Shown: one piece after another, positions 17,701 to 26,336 of the stretch
Position numbering within the stretch: the stretch's first letter is position 1
How the letters are laid out: every line of letters begins with the position of its first letter
DNA from: Oligoflexales bacterium
Lineage (GTDB): Bacteria; Bdellovibrionota_B; Oligoflexia; Oligoflexales; CAIYRB01
Length of the DNA: 32,372 nt
Reading direction: 5' to 3'
Assembly (NCBI GenBank): GCA_041736175.1
Contig: JBGSUI010000178.1
Location: 1 to 32,372, forward strand
The notes under the pieces: model-generated
Seen by the model: only the letters and a program-made list of their open reading frames with translations
Told to the model about the DNA's origin: nothing
Databases searched by the model: none
Translations under genes and position numbers: made by a program

Positions 17701-19230
17701 ATGATTAAATCAATCTTGCGTACCCAAATCCTTTTGGCTTTGGCTGGTTTTCTATCCATCCAGATCATCGGTTGCAATGGAGATGACAAGGATAATGCTG
17801 AAGAGGGTCAGCAGGCTAACCCTCAAGGGAGTGTTGGGAATCAAGTTGGTACCAAATACCCAATCTATGTTGGAGCGTTAGCGTTGGGTCAACCAGCTAA
17901 TAAAGGTACATCGTTGACTCAAACAGATTTGGGTTTTAGAAATCGTTCGATTGCCTCGGGGACTCCAAAAGAAATGGAGTTAACCATTGTATCACTCCGT
18001 TTGTTATCCAGCGAACAGGATACGGGTGTTCCAATCTTTTTAAGCGATCAGGGTAAAACCCTTAAGGCAAGATCTGGATATGTGGATCTTACCGATTTAT
18101 TTACTAAGATTCAATGTCTGGATCAGAACAACCAAGTTATTCCGTTGCAATCCGGTCAATCCTGTGATTGTGGTCTAAACTCCAAAAAAGAGCCTATCCA
18201 AAAAGTCTTGAAAGACCCGGTTACTGGAGAAGACTATGCAGAGCTCAAGTGTCCTTCCGTTCAGCCTACAGATACTCCAGGCGTAGCCGCAACAGCAGTC
18301 GACCAGCTCGGGACCTATACCCACTTATCCATGCGTATCAAGGCTAAGGGTAAAATCAAGGGTTGTGTCACTGGTTACTTTATGTATACCGTTTCTAGTG
18401 ACGCTGATGACAAAGTTCATACCTATTGTACGCAAAGTGCAAAGAGTCTTTATAGCGCCACCAAAAATCAGTTTACTAACGCCGATTTTGAATCGATTAG
18501 TAGCAGTAAAACTGCCGAAATGATGGAAATCCCTCTTGATCCAACTGATGCTAATTTTGCCAGTCGCGAGTTCTTAGATTTGACGTTCCCTATAGCAGGA
18601 GGGGTGGTGATTGATGGGATTAAGAGTCCACAAATTACCTTGGGGATTGACCTAGGTAGAGCCCTGAGATTTAGCGGCCTCTTTACGGATCACCCGCGGG
18701 AAGCTCGAGGAAATACGGTATCAACGGGAGCTCATTTCTTCACCCTGATGCCCCAAACCTATCAGTTTGTGTTTGTGGGAAAACCAGGAAAAATATTTGG
18801 CCACAAATGGTTTTCTAATGCAGGGCTTCAGGATACAGCGGCGTCGGTACCTGCCAACCGTACCTGTGTGGAGACCTCGAACGATTCTTGTAAAAAGCTT
18901 GCAGGTTGGATGACCACCATTTTTGAAGGTGACGGGACTCCCATAGCTGTAAGTCTTATGCCCGATGATGACAATGCTTTTACGGTGCTAAAAGGTGGTA
19001 ATTTTAGTAACAAGGGTTTTGATAAATCTGTTTTTACTAAGAAATCAACTGATATCTATGACATCGCCTATGGCTTAACCTCTCCTGGCACCCCTGGGCT
19101 CTCAGGGGTCTTGTACGATACGGACTTTAGCAAAGCCGTAGATGCGACTTTCGAAACAACCTTTGCCACCAAGACCATGAGTAACGGCAAGTTTTCCTAT
19201 GGAAAGATTACTTGGACCAGAATGCTTTAA
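17701..19230 (+). CDS. Hypothetical Cys-containing lipoprotein
   Basis: 509-aa ORF; signal ...IQIIG-C then acidic linker; CDC and other Cys residues. Confidence 0.85.
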   Translation: MIKSILRTQILLALAGFLSIQIIGCNGDDKDNAEEGQQANPQGSVGNQVGTKYPIYVGALALGQPANKGTSLTQTDLGFRNRSIASGTPKEMELTIVSLRLLSSEQDTGVPIFLSDQGKTLKARSGYVDLTDLFTKIQCLDQNNQVIPLQSGQSCDCGLNSKKEPIQKVLKDPVTGEDYAELKCPSVQPTDTPGVAATAVDQLGTYTHLSMRIKAKGKIKGCVTGYFMYTVSSDADDKVHTYCTQSAKSLYSATKNQFTNADFESISSSKTAEMMEIPLDPTDANFASREFLDLTFPIAGGVVIDGIKSPQITLGIDLGRALRFSGLFTDHPREARGNTVSTGAHFFTLMPQTYQFVFVGKPGKIFGHKWFSNAGLQDTAASVPANRTCVETSNDSCKKLAGWMTTIFEGDGTPIAVSLMPDDDNAFTVLKGGNFSNKGFDKSVFTKKSTDIYDIAYGLTSPGTPGLSGVLYDTDFSKAVDATFETTFATKTMSNGKFSYGKITWTRML

Positions 19231-19244
19231 GTCTTTGGGCTCGC

Positions 19245-22200
19245 TTAAGTCCCTTTTTGGCCGAAAACATCAAGACAGTAGCGGCCCGACGCTTCGAGTC
19301 GTGTCAGCCACTGCTCTGCAACGATTGAGTCACATTGATAACGTTCCTGGTAGAGTTCTAAAAAAGTTCTTTTGACATCAGGTGCCATGGCGACGCCATC
19401 GCCACAGATATACACATGGGCGCCTTGGTCCATAAGGTCCATCACCCGTTTGCCCTGGGCTTTGATGTGGTCTTGGACAAACCTATATGGCGAACCATCC
19501 TCGTGGGAAAAGGCCACGAACAAATCAACGATTTGTTGGGACACATATCCCTCTAATTCCCGTTGGTAGATAAAATCATGCTTAGAATGTCGACACCCAA
19601 AAAAGAGCAGCGCAGGACCTAAACGAAGGGGATTTCCTGGAGATTCAAGTTGGTCTTTATGGCGGATTAGAGCAGCTCTTTCGGCTAAAAACCCCCTAAA
19701 GGGAGCCACTCCGGTCCCTGGTCCAACCATGATGATCGGGATTTCCGGTTGGCTCGGGAGACGAAACGTTTCTGACGAGGATTTGATAAAGCCATAGACA
19801 TAGTCGCCGAGTTCTCTTGTTTGGAGATAGTGGGAACACACTCCTTTAAAGGTTCCATTTTGGGAGAGGGCGGGGCCAGAAACCACGCCCATGGTGATGG
19901 AAAGTCTCTCGGGGGTCGCATACGATGACGAAGAGATAGAGTAATATCGTGGTCGTAGAGGGGCGACCATTTCGAGAAAGATTTCTAGGGGCAGGGTGAT
20001 ATGTGGAAAAAGACATAGCACATCAAAAAGCGAGCGCCTTTTTTGCAGGATTTCACTTTGGTATAATTTCAGACCCTCTGGGGTCTCAGCGCTAAGGAGG
20101 CACAGTTGGTTTTTTTCTTCGTCATGCATCGTTAAGGGAATCAGCCGCTCCAGGGTCTCGCGAGAGGCGACGTCTTGGAGTTCGATGTATTCTGTGAGGA
20201 GGGTTCGCGTGGTCAGGCTTTGGTTGATCGGTAAAAAAGTTGGATAGTTTTCGTCTGATTTACGAATGGTCACCAGGGTGTCGAGGTGTAACCTTAGGCG
20301 CTGTGCGACTCCGTATACCAGATGCTCGCGGTTTTTGGCAAAGACCCCAAAATGATCCCCCGTTTGGTAGGTGTGTCCCGAAGGCAACAACAACTCGATA
20401 TGGCGCGTCGCCCGTTCTGATCCATCATCTCCACCGACCCGCTGTAGCTCGCGATTTTGGATCACTTTAAAGGGCCTGGCTTCGTGCTCTGCATAGAGGG
20501 GGCGCAAGTCTGAGGGTTGGGAAAGGCTGACCGAAAATCGGCGTGGATTGGACCGCGTCTGCTGGTCCAGATCTAAGGGTATTTCTAAAACCGTAGAAAG
20601 ATCTACAAAGAGCCGCTTCCGCCAAGCTTCGAGGGAGCCTTCTAGGTCAAGGTCTGCATCTGCCTCGCCACGACTGGAGATGCGGATGGCTCCACCCTCA
20701 GCAAAAGCTTGGTCGATTTCTCGGGGAAACTGCTGAAAGGTGCTCCACTGGGAGTTACCACACCCGATCAGGGAGTAGTACAAGGATTTTGGATTAAAGT
20801 TTTTTGTCTTGATCCACTGGGCAAATTTTTCGGCGTTTTGAGGTGGTCGGCCATTGTAGGTCGAAGTGATGATGACGATAGCCCCCGTGTTTGGTAGCGA
20901 GTCCACGGCGCTATCTAAGGTGGCTACTTTGGACATAAAGCCCAGCCGTTGGCTGTGCTCGGCGAGGGCCATCGCAAAATCTTCGCAGGTTCCCATATTC
21001 GAACCATAGTAAATCGCAAGGGGAGTCCCATGGTCGGGGACGGCTTGGACAGGGGATATGGCTCCATCTCTCGGACGAGGAGTCCCTAAGGGTAGGATGC
21101 GAGCCGATCCGTTGCTTGTTTTTGACTGAGAGATAGCGTGACTGCGGTATCTTGCAGCGACCGAAATCCTAAAGCCCTCTGGCTTTAAGGTTAAAGTCTC
21201 TTTGATTTGGAGCTGATATTGGGGGTCTGTTTTGATATCAAAGTGGTATAGGATCATACCGAGAGCGAGGCTAGCTTCTACCATGGCAAAGTGCTGGCCG
21301 ATACAGGCTCTTTCGCCCGTACCAAATGGCCGGTAAGCATATTCTGGTAACTGGGATTCTCGATCAGGCAAAAACCGGTCTGGATCAAACAGATCCGAAT
21401 TTTGTCCCCAGACCGCTAGGTCCCGGTGGAGGGCGGGGACTAGGACCAAGACTCGTTCGCCTTTTTTCATGGAAAAACGTCCACCTAGCTGGGTGTCTTC
21501 CATAGGGGTGCGACTAAAAACTGGGGCAGTGGGCCAGAGGCGTAAGGATTCCTTGAGCACCTGGTGGATAAAGCGGAGTTCGTTGACATCCTTTATCTCT
21601 GGGATTTTATCAGTACTAAAGATTCGGTCCGCCTCGTCACGACAGCGGGCGAGGATCTGGGGATTTTGGGACAAAAAATAAGTGGCAAAGGACAGCAGCC
21701 CGCTGGTGGTTTCGTGCCCAGCGATAAGAAAGGTGAGCAGTTGGTAGCGGATATTCACCGTGTCAAGTTTCTCGCCAGTCGCTCGATCCACCCCATCGAG
21801 CATAAGGCTTAAAAAATCAGTCCTCGCTGTTTTCGTGTGATCCGGCTGCTGGAGTCGATTGTAGATGACATCGTCGACGACTTTAAACATAAGTTCTTTA
21901 TGTGCCAAAAACTGGATATCGGATTTTCGATCAAAGGCTCGCTGCAATTTAGTCTTTTTGACCCGGGAAAAAGAGTCTTTAAGACCTCCAACCATGGCAT
22001 CTAAAAAGGGATGGCGGTGTTCCGAAGCAAAAGAGTTAAAGCTGTAGTCAAACCCACACAGTGCAATGGTTTCCAGGGTTAGTTTGGTAAAGTCTTCGCT
22101 TACGTCTATGGGCTGTCCCTGATTTTTTTGCCAATGTTGGACCAGCTGGAGGGCCACATGATGCATCTGGGGGAGGTAAGCGCGCATCTGCTTAATCCCA

Positions 22201-22526
22201 AAGCCTTGGATAAGGATATTATGGGCTTTGGACCAATTAGGCTCGGTCCCCATAGCCGTAAAAAGGCCATCTCCCGCAAACCGGCGGATCTGCTCAAGGA
22301 CACCACCCACAGCTTTATGAAACCGCTGGTCGTCGCAGATTTCGCGGACGATCTCATGGCTGGTCGCAACGTAAAAGTGAGACCCAGGGATGACCATCTC
22401 AAAGAAAGGTCCGTAGCGCTCCCCAAGTTTTAAGAGATTTTGTACAAAGGCGTCTCCAAAAATCTGAGGGACGTTGCCAATAAAGGGAAACCGAGGGGGG
22501 TGGGGAATATTTTTAGCTTCAGACAT
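19245..22526 (-). CDS. Bifunctional cytochrome P450/NAD(P)H-P450 reductase (CYP102/P450BM3 family)
   Basis: AGDGLFT, LIAGHETTSG, ESLR, FGTGERACIG heme motif, YGSNMGT FMN loop, RYYSISS, GPGTGVAPFRGF, YICGDG; GAGGAGG RBS. Confidence 0.97.
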   Translation of the reverse strand: MSEAKNIPHPPRFPFIGNVPQIFGDAFVQNLLKLGERYGPFFEMVIPGSHFYVATSHEIVREICDDQRFHKAVGGVLEQIRRFAGDGLFTAMGTEPNWSKAHNILIQGFGIKQMRAYLPQMHHVALQLVQHWQKNQGQPIDVSEDFTKLTLETIALCGFDYSFNSFASEHRHPFLDAMVGGLKDSFSRVKKTKLQRAFDRKSDIQFLAHKELMFKVVDDVIYNRLQQPDHTKTARTDFLSLMLDGVDRATGEKLDTVNIRYQLLTFLIAGHETTSGLLSFATYFLSQNPQILARCRDEADRIFSTDKIPEIKDVNELRFIHQVLKESLRLWPTAPVFSRTPMEDTQLGGRFSMKKGERVLVLVPALHRDLAVWGQNSDLFDPDRFLPDRESQLPEYAYRPFGTGERACIGQHFAMVEASLALGMILYHFDIKTDPQYQLQIKETLTLKPEGFRISVAARYRSHAISQSKTSNGSARILPLGTPRPRDGAISPVQAVPDHGTPLAIYYGSNMGTCEDFAMALAEHSQRLGFMSKVATLDSAVDSLPNTGAIVIITSTYNGRPPQNAEKFAQWIKTKNFNPKSLYYSLIGCGNSQWSTFQQFPREIDQAFAEGGAIRISSRGEADADLDLEGSLEAWRKRLFVDLSTVLEIPLDLDQQTRSNPRRFSVSLSQPSDLRPLYAEHEARPFKVIQNRELQRVGGDDGSERATRHIELLLPSGHTYQTGDHFGVFAKNREHLVYGVAQRLRLHLDTLVTIRKSDENYPTFLPINQSLTTRTLLTEYIELQDVASRETLERLIPLTMHDEEKNQLCLLSAETPEGLKLYQSEILQKRRSLFDVLCLFPHITLPLEIFLEMVAPLRPRYYSISSSSYATPERLSITMGVVSGPALSQNGTFKGVCSHYLQTRELGDYVYGFIKSSSETFRLPSQPEIPIIMVGPGTGVAPFRGFLAERAALIRHKDQLESPGNPLRLGPALLFFGCRHSKHDFIYQRELEGYVSQQIVDLFVAFSHEDGSPYRFVQDHIKAQGKRVMDLMDQGAHVYICGDGVAMAPDVKRTFLELYQERYQCDSIVAEQWLTRLEASGRYCLDVFGQKGT

Positions 22527-22624
22527 GGGGCCTCCTCAAGAATACATGGCTACCGAGACAATCAGTCTTTGATCGGACGGTATCATGGAGAGCTATAGGA
22601 CCTAGTTTTTGAGAGGTAAAAATC

Positions 22625-22655
22625 TTTGGAGTTTATTAAGCCTATAAACTCCAAA
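22625..22655 (-). terminator. Stem-loop, probable intrinsic terminator of the NYN gene
   Basis: Perfect 12-bp arms TTTGGAGTTTAT / ATAAACTCCAAA with 7-nt loop, 10 nt past the stop, followed by GATTTTT on the minus strand. Confidence 0.7.
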
Positions 22656-22665
22656 AAGAGACAAA

Positions 22666-23892
22666 CTATTTTGTATCCTTAAGGCGGGAGCTTTCTAGCG
22701 CTGTGTCGCCATCCTGTTGGGTTTTAGGCGCGGCATCGGCCCCTGGGCTCCGGCGGCCCCCTCCCCCACCGAGACTCCGTGGGAGGCGTGGACGCCAGCC
22801 CTTTTTAGCGGGGGCAACGGGAGTCTGGGCCTGGGTTTCGGGTGAAGCGTCTTCCCGCGCAGATGAGTCATGGGAAGGGGCCGGCCCCTGTTGGACTTCT
22901 ATGGGGGAGGGAGTCGAGTTTCCTGCTTCCTCATTCGGATTTTGATCTCTAGCATCTTCTGGACGCCGGGGACCGCGGTGTCTACGTCGACCACGACCAT
23001 TGCGCTCGTTTCTGTCGCCCCGGTCGTCTCGCAGATCCAGATTGGCCACTTGTGTTGCAGTAGAGGTGGGCTCCGGATTTTGAGATCGGTTTGCCGAGAT
23101 GGGTAGGGGGTCTTCGATGGTGGCGAGAATGCTCGTCACCACATAGGTTCCACTTTTAGGATCGGTGGCAAGGGTCACAAGGCCTTCCCTTTGGGCGTCT
23201 TCGAGAAGTTGGCTAAAAGAGCGGTAGCCATGATAGTTTTCGTTAAAAGAAGGCTTCATCCGCCGCATGGTTTCTTTAAGGGTGGACGAGTGTATAATCT
23301 CCCTGTTGTCGCGGCGGAGTGCGCTGTAAGCATGGGCAAGGAGCAAAAAGGGTTTGCGTTTTTGGTCGGGGAGTTCGGGTTTAAAGGCCATATCGGGGAC
23401 GACCGCTTGGGTTAGATCCTCGTAATAGATAAACTCGTCACAGTTGTCCCTCAGGAGATTTGAAGTGGAATTGGTCATTCCAAGTCCGATCACATGTTTG
23501 CCCAGCTCTTTAAGCTTTGAGACTAAAGGCGAAAAATCACTATCTCCAGACACGATCACAAACGTATCGATATGCTCCTTAGAATAAGCGAGATCCATCG
23601 CGTCGACGCAGAGGCGGATATCAGCTGAGTTTTTTCCCGTCTGGGCCCGTCGGGGGATTTCTACCAGTTCGATGGCAGCCTCATGGAGGGAGCTGGTATA
23701 AAACGAAAACCGATGCCAATCGGCATAGGCTTTTTTAGCTACGATTTTGCCTTTTTCTAAAAGCCGGGTGAGTACTAGCTTGATTTCAAAGCGGTCATTG
23801 CGACCTTGAAACCCGAGGGCTAGATTTTCAAAATCAATAAAAACGGCGAGCGATTTTACGCTCGAAGACTTAACAACCATAGATTTTTCCAA
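22666..23892 (-). CDS. NYN (LabA/DUF88, PIN-like) domain protein with OST-HTH/LOTUS domain and disordered tail
   Basis: AVFIDFEN, AYADW, GKNSADIRLCVDAMD, VSGDSDF, CDEFIYY; LKETMRRMKPSFNENYHGYRSFSQLL matches LOTUS. Start is 23892 or ATG 23880. Confidence 0.93.
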   Translation of the reverse strand: MEKSMVVKSSSVKSLAVFIDFENLALGFQGRNDRFEIKLVLTRLLEKGKIVAKKAYADWHRFSFYTSSLHEAAIELVEIPRRAQTGKNSADIRLCVDAMDLAYSKEHIDTFVIVSGDSDFSPLVSKLKELGKHVIGLGMTNSTSNLLRDNCDEFIYYEDLTQAVVPDMAFKPELPDQKRKPFLLLAHAYSALRRDNREIIHSSTLKETMRRMKPSFNENYHGYRSFSQLLEDAQREGLVTLATDPKSGTYVVTSILATIEDPLPISANRSQNPEPTSTATQVANLDLRDDRGDRNERNGRGRRRHRGPRRPEDARDQNPNEEAGNSTPSPIEVQQGPAPSHDSSAREDASPETQAQTPVAPAKKGWRPRLPRSLGGGGGRRSPGADAAPKTQQDGDTALESSRLKDTK

Positions 23893-23911
23893 TTATAAGT
23901 TATGACGAGTT

Positions 23912-24634
23912 TCATTCTACAGAGACCTGACAATCGATATAAATACGAGCTGGTTTTTGGGGTAACCAGACAACAATCGGGAGTCTTGTTTCGTTTTTCA
24001 CACTCTCCCCGATCGACTGGTGCATGACGAGAAGCGCGTCATTTTTAAGATAGACGTTAAAATGCCCCTTGACGGGATCGATCGCAAGACCTCGGACGAG
24101 ATAGGGCTTTTTGTCTTGGAAGGAGTCGCTTTTACGGGTTAAGGAAGCAGCCTCCTTGGGACTTAGCTCGACGATAGAGACCGTTTCCAACTTTTCAATA
24201 GCACCCTCTACATTGGAGACGGGAAAGACGAACTTGGAGTCAAGCTCGACCACTGAGAGCCAATTGTCGTTAGAAAAACGGTACCAGGGCTCCCTAGCAA
24301 TCGCCTCCCGATCCATGGGCTCGTAGATCTGCTCGTTATGGTTGAGGCAGCTTTGGAGCTGGGCTCCGGTTTTACCCGAAGGGTTGCATGGACGCGGCAG
24401 GTTATTATCCTGTTCCGGGTCAGGATCTTCGACATAAATCACCTCAAATCCCTCGCCGAGATCAATCGCTCGCCCCCGTTGCTGGCAGCCGCCCAAAGTC
24501 CACCCTAAGATCGTTAGACAGCCTACACTCCAATAGATTGTTTTTATAGACAAATTTATCTTACCGCGATGGAACTGGCTTATGGAATACCCGCATTTTT
24601 TTTCGTCCATTGACTTCATGGCACCCCTTGACAA
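23912..24634 (-). CDS. Hypothetical protein, possible lipoprotein (true start may be TTG 24553)
   Basis: 240-aa ORF; hydrophobic segment ending TLGG-C. Confidence 0.65.
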   Translation of the reverse strand: MSRGAMKSMDEKKCGYSISQFHRGKINLSIKTIYWSVGCLTILGWTLGGCQQRGRAIDLGEGFEVIYVEDPDPEQDNNLPRPCNPSGKTGAQLQSCLNHNEQIYEPMDREAIAREPWYRFSNDNWLSVVELDSKFVFPVSNVEGAIEKLETVSIVELSPKEAASLTRKSDSFQDKKPYLVRGLAIDPVKGHFNVYLKNDALLVMHQSIGESVKNETRLPIVVWLPQKPARIYIDCQVSVE

Positions 24635-24722
24635 GCTCGTTAACCGAGCATCTCCTTGGCTATCTTACCAAATAACGGAGGAGGGTCCACCTAAGAGTCT
24701 TGTTCACTATGCTTTTGACTGG

Positions 24723-25149
24723 CTATCCTCCTAGGGTCTTTAAACAGTGACCTTTAAAGGTAGAGTAGAGACTCTGGGTCTGGAGCCGGAGGTGGCGGAT
24801 GGCAGAAGCCAGTGATTCTGGCGGCGTCGCTACGGATTTTATGTTTATATGGGCGTTGTAGTAACAGGCTTCCGTCCCTGCGAGCATGAGTTCTGTTGCG
24901 ATTCCACTGTCAGATACTATGGAGGGCTTGGCATGATATACGGCAAAAGATCCCCACGTGCCGGTTTCAAAGGCAAGCTGGATCATATCTTTTGAAAGCC
25001 TGAGGGCTGCCACTAAGGTCCCCTCGATGGCCTCTTGGCGTGCCTTTTTTTCTAGTTCCGTGGTTCGGGGGAGCCGATAGGCAGCCATCACCGACCCAAA
25101 CACTTTGGTATCCTTATCGGCAGCTCTTAAAAGAAGGAGACTGGGTCAA
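24723..25149 (-). pseudogene. Cyclodeaminase/cyclohydrolase (FTCD_C, FchA-like) gene with N-terminal deletion/frameshift
   Basis: AADKDTKVFGSVMAAYRLPRTTELEKKARQEAIE...SDSGIA...NAHINIKS matches the C-terminal part of FTCD_C; the PGGGS-containing N-terminus is absent. GGAGGT + TTG 25149 opens only an 11-residue frame. Confidence 0.75.
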
Positions 25150-26063
25150 TGGAGACCTCCGATCAGTCGTCCTAAGCGGTGGTAGGTCAGATAAAGCCTC
25201 ATGGTGTTGCGTAGAGCCATGGTGACAGTCATCGGGCCCACCCTCGGAATAAAAGCTGCGGCTTTTTGGACGATATCATCGGCAAAATTTCGATAGGTCG
25301 AAAAGTTTAGACAAATTGATTGTTGTTTAATATCTCCGGCTTCAATCAAAGCAAAATCCCGGTGGGGGACTCCCGTGATGATCAAATCAGAAACACTGAG
25401 AGCTTCGTTTCGAGAGATGGAGGTTTCGGCAAATCCTTTGGGACCGAGTTCGATCGGGCCATGGGCATCAAAACTAAAAACTCTAGCACCATCGTGGTGC
25501 AGCATACTGGCAAGGGGACGACCCACCACTTCGCTGCGATTAAACACCGTGGCCGTCAGACCCTTTAGGGGCTGGGGGTGATCGAGGTTTCGATAGGCAC
25601 CTGCAGATTCCAAAAGCTTTAGAATCGCTAGGGGCGTGCAGGGCAAAATAGCCTTATCTCCGGGGTACTGACCCAACTCTCGCTCGTTACGGTAGAGGCG
25701 CTTGATCCAAAAGCTGCTCAAACCTTCAATATCTTTTTCTGGGATCACCAGGTCTTTGACGTAGCTGTCTTGGGCGCTGTTAAAGACGGGGTAGTAGATA
25801 ATGATACCGTGGACGTTTGGATCGAGGTTGGCTTTTTCGATTTCCGTCTCCATCTGGAGGCGCGAGGGCCGACGAAGTTCAAATGAAAACCCCACATCAT
25901 GGCAACCGGTTTCGGTGTACTGGGCATAGGTCATGGAGGGTCCCGTGGACTGGGGGAGGAACCCTACCAGTTTGATCGGAGCTCCTAAATTTGCGACCTC
26001 CTGTTTAAGGTCCTGGCGGTATTTTTTAGCCAGCGCTAAGGGATCGAGAATGGTAGCGGTCAT
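25146..26063 (-). CDS. folD: Methylenetetrahydrofolate dehydrogenase, FolD family, yeast Mtd1-like (probably monofunctional)
   Basis: VHGIIIYYPVF, KDIEGL, ILPCTPLAI, NRSEVVGRPLA, PRVGPMTVTM. YAQYT replaces the YxxxK cyclohydrolase motif. Confidence 0.9.
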   Translation of the reverse strand: MTATILDPLALAKKYRQDLKQEVANLGAPIKLVGFLPQSTGPSMTYAQYTETGCHDVGFSFELRRPSRLQMETEIEKANLDPNVHGIIIYYPVFNSAQDSYVKDLVIPEKDIEGLSSFWIKRLYRNERELGQYPGDKAILPCTPLAILKLLESAGAYRNLDHPQPLKGLTATVFNRSEVVGRPLASMLHHDGARVFSFDAHGPIELGPKGFAETSISRNEALSVSDLIITGVPHRDFALIEAGDIKQQSICLNFSTYRNFADDIVQKAAAFIPRVGPMTVTMALRNTMRLYLTYHRLGRLIGGLH

Positions 26064-26243
26064 AAGCGGCCTCTTATGGAAAAGGTCAGGGGGATTTTTC
26101 CAGTTTTGTCACAGATCCAGCAGCGGCACTATATAGTATTTTTAAAAGGGTACAAAGTCATAGTGAAAGGGCAATTACTGAACTTTTTTGGGAAGCATAG
26201 TTAAAAAAAATAGGACTCAACACCCTGTAAATACGTCGATTAA

Positions 26244-26278
26244 AAGCCTTTCAAGGCTTCGGGTCAATATACCGATAT
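26244..26278 (+). promoter_or_regulatory. sigma28-like promoter overlapped by a palindromic operator candidate
   Basis: TCAA(G)-N16-ACCGATAT at 26251-26278; inverted repeat AAGCCTT-TC-AAGGCTT at 26244-26259. Confidence 0.4.
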
Positions 26279-26336
26279 ACATTTAAGCCGCTTTGTCCGA
26301 TCACAAATCCCACCCCCTCCTTTTAAAGGCCCAGAG

